Shown: positions 8,540 to 15,704 of the stretch, piece by piece
How the letters are laid out: every line of letters starts with the position of its first letter
How positions within the stretch are numbered: the first letter of the stretch is position 1
Assembly (NCBI GenBank): GCA_041497675.1
Contig: JBGQGY010000086.1
Coordinates: forward strand, 1 to 16,682
Length of the DNA stretch: 16,682 bases
Direction of reading: 5' to 3'
Origin: a bacterium
GTDB taxonomy: Bacteria > Sysuimicrobiota > Sysuimicrobiia > Sysuimicrobiales > Humicultoraceae
Notes under the pieces: model-generated
Seen by the model: only the letters and a program-made list of their open reading frames with translations
Told to the model about the DNA's origin: nothing
Databases searched by the model: none
Made by a program: the position numbers and the translations under genes

Positions 8540-10059
8540 CCGGCCTCATGCCCGACTGGCTGCGCCGGCGGGCCCGGCTCACCCCCAATCGACCGGCGCT
8601 GCGCGCCGGTCCAGAGCAGTTGTTATTCAGTGATCTCGACCGTCGGGTCGATCTCGCCGCGGCAGCGCTGAACCGGGACGGCGTGGGCGAGGGCACCCGG
8701 GTCGCGCTCTCGTTGGGCAACGGGATCCCGTTCGCGGTGTTGGTCCACGCCCTCGCTAGGCTGCGCGCCGTGGCCGTTCCTCTCAACGCGCGGCTGGCCG
8801 CGCCCGAACTGGCCTGGCAGCTGCAAGATTGTCGCGCCACCGTGTTGCTGCACGACACCGGGTTGGCCGGACCCGCCGGCGCGGCGTCATCGGGCGCGTC
8901 GCACCTCACGCGTCTGGAGGCGGGCAGCATCGACGGCGCCGCCGGTGATGGCGGGCGACCGTCCCGGATCACCGACGACGCCGCGCCGGCGCCGGGCGCC
9001 GCAGCGGCGCCTGGCGACCGGATCGATCTCTCCACGGTTCAGGGGATCATCTATACGTCTGCAACGTCGGGCCGGCCCAAGGGCGTCATGCTGACCTACG
9101 GCAATCACTGGTGGAGCGCCGTGGGTTCGGCGCTGAACCTGGGTCTGAACCTCGACGATTGCTGGCTCGCCGCCCTGCCCCTGTATCACGTCGGCGGGAT
9201 GGCCATCCTCTGGCGAAGCGTCATCTACGGCATGGCCGTGGTCATCCACGAGCGCTTCGATGCCGGGGCCGCAAACCGTGAGATCGAGCGCGGTCAGGTG
9301 ACATTGATCTCTGTCGTCGATACGATGCTGCAGCAGATGCTGGACGCTCAGGGCGACTGTCCGTACGCGCCCACCTTGCGCTGCGCGCTGCTGGGCGGCG
9401 GCCCGGCGTCTGGGGGCCTGCTCGAGCGCTGCGTGCGTCTCGGGGTGCCGGTTGCGCCGACGTACGGTCTCACCGAGGCGGCCTCTCAGGTGGCCACGCT
9501 GCTGCCGGACGAGGTCCCGTCGAAACCCGGATCGTCCGGCAACAGCCTGTTTCCAACAGATATCCGGATCGACGCCTCTGGCGACGAGATCGGCGAAATC
9601 CTCGTCCGCGGGCCCACGGTGATGGCCGGGTACGCCGATCGGCCGGAGGAGACCGCGCGCGCCCTGCGGGATGGGTGGCTCCACACGGGCGATCTGGGGC
9701 ACGTGGACGAGGGCGGGTACCTGTACGTCGTCGATCGCCGCGAGGATTTGATCGTCTCCGGCGGGGAGAACGTGTACCCATCTGAGGTTGAGCGAACGTT
9801 GCTCCTGCATCCGGCGGTCCTGGACGCTGGCGTTGTCGGGCTGCCCAATGACCGGTGGGGGCAGGTCGTGATGGCGGCGGTAAAGTTGTTGCCCGGGTCG
9901 GCCGACAGCGAAGATGACCTGAGAGATTTTTGCGCACGACAGATCGCTCGCTTCAAAGTCCCGCGACGAATCTGGTTCGTGGACGATGTGCCGCGCGCGG
10001 GCGGCAAGGTGCTGCGCAGCGTCCTGCGCCGGTGGGCCGAAGAGCGGTGGGCCGGATGA
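8536..10059 (+). CDS. menE: o-succinylbenzoate-CoA ligase
   Basis: Motifs MPDWLRRRA.LTP, YTSATSGRPKGV.LTYGNHWWSA.GSALNLG, LP.YHVGG, YGLTEAASQ, GWLHTGDLG and R.DLIVSGGENVYP.EVE. ATGA overlap with the menA stop at 8536-8539; ATG 8548 is an alternative start. Confidence 0.93.
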   Translation: MTGLMPDWLRRRARLTPNRPALRAGPEQLLFSDLDRRVDLAAAALNRDGVGEGTRVALSLGNGIPFAVLVHALARLRAVAVPLNARLAAPELAWQLQDCRATVLLHDTGLAGPAGAASSGASHLTRLEAGSIDGAAGDGGRPSRITDDAAPAPGAAAAPGDRIDLSTVQGIIYTSATSGRPKGVMLTYGNHWWSAVGSALNLGLNLDDCWLAALPLYHVGGMAILWRSVIYGMAVVIHERFDAGAANREIERGQVTLISVVDTMLQQMLDAQGDCPYAPTLRCALLGGGPASGGLLERCVRLGVPVAPTYGLTEAASQVATLLPDEVPSKPGSSGNSLFPTDIRIDASGDEIGEILVRGPTVMAGYADRPEETARALRDGWLHTGDLGHVDEGGYLYVVDRREDLIVSGGENVYPSEVERTLLLHPAVLDAGVVGLPNDRWGQVVMAAVKLLPGSADSEDDLRDFCARQIARFKVPRRIWFVDDVPRAGGKVLRSVLRRWAEERWAG

Positions 10060-10802
10060 CCTCGCCGGAGAATCCGTCGCCCATCCTGGCCGCCCCGCCG
10101 GCGTCGCGGCGGCGGTGGGTGCGCGACGCGTTTCACACCATCGCGGGCCGCTACGACCTGCTCAACCACCTGCTCAGCGGCGGTGTGCATGTGCTCTGGA
10201 AGCGGACCGCCGTGCGGGCGGCCGGGCTGAGACCGGGCGATACCGCGGTCGATGTCTGTTGCGGCACGGCGGACATGCTGGTCAGGATGGCGCGCATCGT
10301 CGGGGCGGGTGGGCGGGCCGTTGGTGTTGATTTCGCCCCGGGCATGCTGGTCCTTGCCGCGAGACGGCTATTGAAATCCACACCTGCGGCAGCGCTCGTC
10401 TGCGGCGATGCTGAGGCCCTGCCCCTGCGCGGCGCGAGTCTCGATGCGGCGACCTTTGCGTTTGGTCTGCGCAACGTCCCAAGACCCGACCACGCGTTGC
10501 GCGAGGCGCATCGCGTGCTGCGTCCCGGAGGGCGACTGGTGATCCTCGAGTTTGGCCAACCACGCGGGCGGGTGTTGCGGGCCGTCTACGACCTCTACTC
10601 GCGTACGATCATCCCACGGCTGGGGGGATGGCTTTCCGGCCGGCCGGATGCGTATCGCTACCTGCACGACTCGATCCGTCAATGGGCCGACCCGGACAGT
10701 TTGACCGTTCAAATTCGTCAGGCCGGATTTTCAGACGTTCACTATCACCTGCTGAGCGGGGGAATCGCCGTGCTGCACGTTGGGATGAAGACCGGTGGCT
10801 GA
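10056..10802 (+). CDS. menG: Demethylmenaquinone methyltransferase (UbiE/MenG family)
   Basis: Motifs VRDAFHTIAGRYDLLNHLLSGG.H..WK, the SAM motif VDVCCGTAD, GDAEALP, FGLRNV, RVLRPGG..VILEF and AYRYL.DSI. ATGA overlap with the menE stop. Confidence 0.93.
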   Translation: MTSPENPSPILAAPPASRRRWVRDAFHTIAGRYDLLNHLLSGGVHVLWKRTAVRAAGLRPGDTAVDVCCGTADMLVRMARIVGAGGRAVGVDFAPGMLVLAARRLLKSTPAAALVCGDAEALPLRGASLDAATFAFGLRNVPRPDHALREAHRVLRPGGRLVILEFGQPRGRVLRAVYDLYSRTIIPRLGGWLSGRPDAYRYLHDSIRQWADPDSLTVQIRQAGFSDVHYHLLSGGIAVLHVGMKTGG

Positions 10803-12546
10803 CACCGCCTGGCGCCGGCGGTTCCGCGCCCCGCGCGTCTCGCTGCCGGCGTGGGCTCGCGACGAGCCCGATCGGCTGCTGTATTCATCGAACGCGAGCG
10901 GCAAGTGGGAGCTCTACACGTGGGACCGCAAGATCCACGCCCACCGCCAGGTCACGGCTCGCCCCGAAGGAACGATGCGCGGGCAACTCGATCCCGCAGG
11001 CCAACAGATCTGGTGGTTTGACGATGATCGCGGCAATGAATTCGGGCGCTGGGTCGTCGAGCCGTTTACGGGCGGCATGCCGCAGAGGGCCGTCCCCGAC
11101 GTGCCGGCGGCCTATGGCGCGGGTCTGGCGATCGGCCGCTCGTGTGCCGTCGTGGGAACCTCGACACACGAGGGTACCGGGATCTATCTCGTGCGGGCGG
11201 GGGAGGCGTCGCGGCCGCTCTACGCGCACCGCGAGAGCGCGTGGGTGAGCGCGCTGTCGCGGGACGAGACATTGATCGCGATCGGCCACTCCGAGCACGG
11301 TGACAGCCGCCATCCGGCGGTGCGCATCCTCGATCTCGGCGGCCGGCCGATCCGCGAGCTGTGGGACGGCCCCGGCCGTGGGCTACTAGGCACCGCCTGG
11401 GCACCGGTGGCGGGCGATTCAAGGCTGCTCGTCGAGCACGAGCGCCACGAGATGCCGGCGCTGCTCACCTGGGACGTTGCGACGGGCGACGTGTCGGAGG
11501 TCGACACCGGGCTCCCGGGCGAAGTCGATGCGGTGTGGTACCCGGACGCCGCGTCGCTGCTGCTCATCCACGATCACCGAGGCCGGACCGAGATCTACCG
11601 GTTTGACCTCGCATCACGCGCACTCCGGCGCATCGAGGTCGAGGCTGGGACCGTCTCGCAGGCGCGGGTGCGGCCCGACGGTGAGATTTGGTACGCGTGG
11701 ACACGGTCGTCGGCGCCGCCGGAGATTCGCGCCAACGGGGGCGCGCTGTTGACGCCGCCCGGCGACCCCGCGCCGGCCGGCGTCGCATACAGCGACCACG
11801 TCGTCGACGGGATCCACATCTTTCTCGCCGAGCCGTCCGCCCCGCGGCCGCACCCGCTGATTTTTTTCATCCACGGAGGTCCTTCGGCACACGACCGGGA
11901 CGCGTTCTCCGCGATAGTGCAGGCGTGGGTGGATCACGGTTTCGCGGTCGTCATGGTGAACTACCGAGGCAGCACCGGGTACGGCCGCGCCTGGCGCGAC
12001 GCGCTGGAAGGCAACCCGGGTTTCACCGAACTCGAGGACATCGCGAAGGTCCGCGACTGGGTGGTCGGATCCGCGATCGGCGACCCACGCCGCGTCATCT
12101 TGTCGGGGCGCTCGTGGGGAGGGTATCTGACGCTGCTGGGGCTCGGGGTCCAACCTGAGCGGTGGTCGCTGGGCATCGCCGGGGTGCCCGTCGCCGACTA
12201 CGTGGCCGCGTACGAGGACGAGATGGAGCCGCTCAAGGCGTTCGACCGGGCGATCTTCAGGGGGTCGCCCGAGGAGATCCCCGAGGTGTACCGTGAGCGG
12301 TCACCGATCACATACGTGGACCGGGTCCGCGTGCCGGTGCTGATCATTGCCGGCGAGAACGATCCGCGATGTCCTATTCGGCAGATCGACAACTACCTGG
12401 CGCGGCTGCGCGATCTGAACGCACCACACCAGATATACCGGTATGACGCCGGGCATGGTTCGCTCGTGATCGAAGAGATGATTCGCCAGGTGGAACTCGA
12501 GATCGCGTTCGCGGCGAAACACCTGGGAACGCGGCCGCCGCTTTGA
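10795..12546 (+). CDS. S9 family peptidase (prolyl oligopeptidase / acylaminoacyl peptidase-like)
   Basis: N-terminal beta-propeller-like region followed by an alpha/beta hydrolase domain with IHGGP, VNYRGSTGYG, the nucleophile motif GRSWGG, GENDPRCP (Asp) and AGHG (His). Overlaps the end of menG by 8 nt. Confidence 0.92.
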   Translation: MADTAWRRRFRAPRVSLPAWARDEPDRLLYSSNASGKWELYTWDRKIHAHRQVTARPEGTMRGQLDPAGQQIWWFDDDRGNEFGRWVVEPFTGGMPQRAVPDVPAAYGAGLAIGRSCAVVGTSTHEGTGIYLVRAGEASRPLYAHRESAWVSALSRDETLIAIGHSEHGDSRHPAVRILDLGGRPIRELWDGPGRGLLGTAWAPVAGDSRLLVEHERHEMPALLTWDVATGDVSEVDTGLPGEVDAVWYPDAASLLLIHDHRGRTEIYRFDLASRALRRIEVEAGTVSQARVRPDGEIWYAWTRSSAPPEIRANGGALLTPPGDPAPAGVAYSDHVVDGIHIFLAEPSAPRPHPLIFFIHGGPSAHDRDAFSAIVQAWVDHGFAVVMVNYRGSTGYGRAWRDALEGNPGFTELEDIAKVRDWVVGSAIGDPRRVILSGRSWGGYLTLLGLGVQPERWSLGIAGVPVADYVAAYEDEMEPLKAFDRAIFRGSPEEIPEVYRERSPITYVDRVRVPVLIIAGENDPRCPIRQIDNYLARLRDLNAPHQIYRYDAGHGSLVIEEMIRQVELEIAFAAKHLGTRPPL

Positions 12547-12558
12547 AACGGCCTACGT

Positions 12559-13650
12559 CTACCCCGGGAGCACACGCACTTCCCGCGGCAACTTGCTCAG
12601 CCGCTCGGCGCCTTTCGCGGTGACCACCACGATTTCTTCGAGGCGGACGCCGAACTCGCCCTCGAGATAAATGCCCGGCTCGACGCTGAAGGCCATGCCG
12701 ATCTGGATCGGCATCTCGTTCAAGTGCGTTACCGACGGTGGCTCGTGGCCCGTGATGCCGATGCCATGGCCGACCCGGTGCGTAAACTGCTTGCCGAACC
12801 CCGCGGCCTCGATAACGGCGCGCGCGGCGCGGTCGACCGCCGACAACGGCGCGCCGAGTTTGATGGCATCCATGCCCGCGCGCACGGCCCGCTCGACGAC
12901 GTCGTGCACCTGACGATACCGGGCAGAGGGTTGACCCAGAAAGGCCATGCGCGTGATGTCCGACGCGTATCCGCCCAGTTGACCGCCCAAATCAACGAGC
13001 ATCGGCTCGCCGGAGCGAAGCGGCCTGTCACTCGAAGCATGGTGGGGGAACGCGGAGTTGGGTCCACCACCGACGATGGCCAGTCCTCCGCGCGACGCGC
13101 CCTGCGCGGTGAGCGAGTCTCCCGCGGCCCGGGCGGACGTCACTTCGGTAACGCCGGGTTTGGCGGCCGCGAAGGCCGCGTCCACCGCGACATCGGCGGT
13201 CGCCGCCGACCGCCGCATGGCGTCGATCTCGTCGGCTGTCTTGATCATCCGCACAGGCGCCATGACCTGCGCGCCCGCGACGAACGCCGACTTCGCCCAA
13301 CGCTCTTGCAGGAGCAGCATGAAGTCGGCCCGCATGGTGTCGCCCACGCTGATGCGATCCGCGCGACCCAGCCGGTCGTGCGCCTGCTTGAGCGGCGCCG
13401 CCGGTCCATCGGCGTCCGAATAGACCAGGAACGGCGCATCGACGTGGCCGCGCGCCTGTCCCGCGTTCAGTTCCGGGACGACGAAGACACTGTCGGACTG
13501 GGTGAGGAAGAGATAGCACGGCCGCTCGTCGGCGTGCGTGCTGAAACCGACCAGGTAGAATAGGTCATCGCCTGGGGGCAGGCTGAGCAGGTCGACTCCG
13601 GCGGTCTTCATCTGGGCGCGCGTGCGGGCGATCCGGTCGGTGTGGGACAT
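12559..13650 (-). CDS. M24 family metallopeptidase (Xaa-Pro dipeptidase/aminopeptidase, 363 aa)
   Basis: Creatinase-like N-terminal domain plus RMIKT.DEI, DLG, SDITR, HRVGHGIG...HEPP, SVEPGIY and GVRLEE metal-ligand motifs. SD AGGAG lies 7 nt upstream of ATG 13650. Confidence 0.93.
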   Translation of the reverse strand: MSHTDRIARTRAQMKTAGVDLLSLPPGDDLFYLVGFSTHADERPCYLFLTQSDSVFVVPELNAGQARGHVDAPFLVYSDADGPAAPLKQAHDRLGRADRISVGDTMRADFMLLLQERWAKSAFVAGAQVMAPVRMIKTADEIDAMRRSAATADVAVDAAFAAAKPGVTEVTSARAAGDSLTAQGASRGGLAIVGGGPNSAFPHHASSDRPLRSGEPMLVDLGGQLGGYASDITRMAFLGQPSARYRQVHDVVERAVRAGMDAIKLGAPLSAVDRAARAVIEAAGFGKQFTHRVGHGIGITGHEPPSVTHLNEMPIQIGMAFSVEPGIYLEGEFGVRLEEIVVVTAKGAERLSKLPREVRVLPG

Positions 13651-13687
13651 GCGCACACTCCTGTTGATGTTGCGAGATTCTTCAGCC

Positions 13688-13696
13688 ATTCTAACA
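13688..13696 (-). promoter_or_regulatory. Putative extended -10 promoter (TGnTAGAAT) for the M24 peptidase gene
   Basis: The minus strand reads TGTTAGAAT, 37 nt upstream of the start codon, in an AT-richer intergenic patch. Confidence 0.55.
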
Positions 13697-13752
13697 TGGG
13701 CGGCCTGCGCCGCAGAGGGAACGATACGAGTACCCACGAAACGGTCATTCCC

Positions 13753-14607
13753 ATGCCGTCAGACATCGTCCGTCGCGCGGCGCGCGACGGACGATTTCCC
13801 ACCGGAGACACGTTGGAGCAGGCCCGCCGTCGCGCCGCGAAGATCGCGGAGGCGCTCGGCCGACGCTATCCGGTCACCCGGCTGCCGCTCAAGCATCGGA
13901 ACCCGCTCCAGTTGCTCGTCGCGACGATCCTCTCCGCCCAATGCACGGACGCGCAGGTCAACAAAGTGACGCCGGCGCTCTTTACCCGCTATGCGACGGC
14001 CGCCGATTTCGCGATGGCCGAGATGACTGAGCTGGAATCCTACATCAAGTCCACCGGATTCTATCATCAGAAGGCGCGCGCCATCTCGCAGATGGCTCGT
14101 ACGTTGGATGAACAGTTTGGCGGTGTCGTCCCGCAGACTATGGAGGAGCTGCTGCAGCTCCACGGCGTCGGACGCAAGACTGCCAACGTGATCCTGGGCG
14201 GGGTCTTCGGCCAGCCGGGCATGGTAGTCGACACGCACGTCCGGCGCATCAGCCGGCGATGGGGTCTGACGACGCAGGACGATCCCGTGAAGATCGAGCG
14301 GGACCTTCAGCGGCTGCTCAATCCGTCCGAATGGTCGGACTTCTCGTTGCGGGTGATCTATTTCGGCAGGGAGATTTGCTCGGCGAAGGCGCCGCAGTGT
14401 CCGATCTGCCCGCTCAACCGGCTGTGTCCTTCCGCGAAGTTCGGCGGGAGCCCGCCTTGGATGCGGCCGCGCCGCGCGCCGCGCGGCGCGCCCGCTCCCG
14501 CGCGAAGTGAGGAGCGGCGCGGCACACGGCGCGCACAGGGCAAATCGCGCAGCGCGGCGTCCGGGCGACGCACACGGTTGCGCCGAGGTCCATCAACCCC
14601 TGGTTGA
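13753..14607 (+). CDS. nth: Endonuclease III (HhH-GPD, [4Fe-4S])
   Basis: Motifs NPLQLLVATILSAQCTD..VNKVTP.LF, IKSTGFY..KA, the HhH L.GVGRKTANV (catalytic Lys), VDTHV.R and C-X6-C-X2-C-X5-C (14377-14427). Start is ATG 13753 or TTG 13813. Confidence 0.95.
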   Translation: MPSDIVRRAARDGRFPTGDTLEQARRRAAKIAEALGRRYPVTRLPLKHRNPLQLLVATILSAQCTDAQVNKVTPALFTRYATAADFAMAEMTELESYIKSTGFYHQKARAISQMARTLDEQFGGVVPQTMEELLQLHGVGRKTANVILGGVFGQPGMVVDTHVRRISRRWGLTTQDDPVKIERDLQRLLNPSEWSDFSLRVIYFGREICSAKAPQCPICPLNRLCPSAKFGGSPPWMRPRRAPRGAPAPARSEERRGTRRAQGKSRSAASGRRTRLRRGPSTPG

Positions 14608-15142
14608 AGTCATAAACTGTTTCGTTCGGCAGCATGCTCTCCGCAAGGCGCCATAGCACTGCGTCCCGAGGCTTCGCGCGACCGTAGAACACGCGCTGGA
14701 GGACGCGTCTGACGTTAGTGTCGACGATCGGAACATTTTTTCGGTACGCGAACGACAGGATCGCCCCAGCCGTGTACGGGCCGATGCCTTTGAGCCGCAG
14801 CAGCTCGTCGCGGTCATCGGGGATCTGCCCGTCGTGACTCGCCACGACTTCGCGCGCGATCGCGTGGAGCCGTACCGGACGGATGTTGTAGCCCAGCGGA
14901 TACCAAGTCTCACGCACGCTGCCGACCGATGCGCGCGCGAGTGTGGAGATCGACGGGTAGCGTCGCAGGAACTCGTGATACTTGGGAACCACCCGGTCGA
15001 CCTGTGTTTGCTGCAGCATGATCTCGGAGACCAGGATGCGGTATGGATCGCTGGTCCGCCGCCATGGCAGGTCGCGTTTGTGCGCGCGATACCAGCGCAG
15101 CAGCCGGCGAACGAATGCGCGGCGTCGGGCGGCCGCGGTCAC
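14414..15142 (-). CDS. mutY: A/G-specific adenine glycosylase, short form lacking the C-terminal NUDIX-like domain (about 242 aa)
   Basis: Motifs LLRWY..HKRDLPWR...DPY.ILVSEIMLQQTQV..V, LGY, the HhH LKGIGPYTAGA, VDTNVRRV, FNQGLMDLGATVC and C-X6-C-X2-C-X5-C. GTG 15142 was chosen as start because the longer upstream frame crosses a terminator and another gene. Confidence 0.88.
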   Translation of the reverse strand: MTAAARRRAFVRRLLRWYRAHKRDLPWRRTSDPYRILVSEIMLQQTQVDRVVPKYHEFLRRYPSISTLARASVGSVRETWYPLGYNIRPVRLHAIAREVVASHDGQIPDDRDELLRLKGIGPYTAGAILSFAYRKNVPIVDTNVRRVLQRVFYGRAKPRDAVLWRLAESMLPNETVYDFNQGLMDLGATVCVARTPRCAICPVRAVCRAAPHFARERARRAARGAAASKAGSRRTSRKDTAG

Positions 15143-15157
15143 TGCACGGAGCCCTGG

Positions 15158-15194
15158 AAAAGACGACGGGCCCCGGCGTCGCCGGAGCCCGTCG
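15158..15194 (-). terminator. Intrinsic (Rho-independent) terminator after the DUF4383-like gene
   Basis: Minus-strand RNA CGACGGGCUCCGGC-GAC-GCCGGGGCCCGUCG-UCUUUU forms a 14-bp stem. Its single irregular pair is a U-G wobble only on this strand. It starts 18 nt after the stop codon. Confidence 0.8.
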
Positions 15195-15212
15195 CAGATA
15201 CGCGCGTCGGCA

Positions 15213-15572
15213 CTAGGTCTTTGCCATTTCCGCGCCGCCCGTGAATCCCACATACAGCCCCAGCGCGCCGACTACCAGGTGCACGATGTTGTAGAGCGCG
15301 CTGGTGTTGATGCCAAGAACGGGTACCATGTTGCCCTGCCCAACGAATCCAAGGACGGCCACGAGAAGGTAGACCACTCCGAAGACCTGGGCCCCGGTCT
15401 TGACTGCGGTCCCGGTGAAACCCAGATAGACGAGAATGATGCCGCTGACCAGGTGGATGATGCTGTGGAGTCCCTTTACGTTGGCACCGAGCAACTCACC
15501 CGAGCCGAGAAGACCTATGACTCCTAAGACGATCAGGATAATGCCAACCCACTGGCAGTACATCTTCGCCAT
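15213..15572 (-). CDS. Small four-TM membrane protein, DUF4383-like (119 aa)
   Basis: MAKMYCQWVGIILIVLGVIG...LHSIIHLVSG...FGVVYLLVAVLGF...YNIVHLVVG shows a two-fold repeat with (H/Y)(S/N)xxHL..G motifs typical of DUF4383. SD AAAGGGGG lies 7 nt upstream of ATG 15572. Confidence 0.75.
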   Translation of the reverse strand: MAKMYCQWVGIILIVLGVIGLLGSGELLGANVKGLHSIIHLVSGIILVYLGFTGTAVKTGAQVFGVVYLLVAVLGFVGQGNMVPVLGINTSALYNIVHLVVGALGLYVGFTGGAEMAKT

Positions 15573-15607
15573 CGGCACGCCCCCTTTCATCACTGTGGAA
15601 CATCTTC

Positions 15608-15637
15608 ATGCTACGCTTTGGACGACCGCCTGGTCAA
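15608..15637 (-). promoter_or_regulatory. Sigma70-type promoter TTGACC-N18-TAGCAT for the DUF4383-like gene
   Basis: Minus strand has TTGACC at 15637-15632 and TAGCAT at 15613-15608, ending 35 nt upstream of the start codon. Confidence 0.7.
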
Positions 15638-15704
15638 GCGATCCGAAGGACTCTCCCGCGCGTGTACGGAAATGGATTGCGAAGGAATTGATGACGACGG
15701 GGTG

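Noticed and set aside
8860..9025. Ala/Gly/Pro-rich low-complexity stretch inside menE
   Set aside because: It is in frame and lies in the normally variable loop before the P-loop. No discrete repeat unit or intein motifs.
14474..14491. 18-bp palindrome GCGCGCCGCGCGGCGCGC in the middle of the nth/mutY overlap
   Set aside because: It is composed only of G and C in low-complexity Arg/Ala/Pro-coding sequence, with no U-tract on either side. Easily explained by chance.
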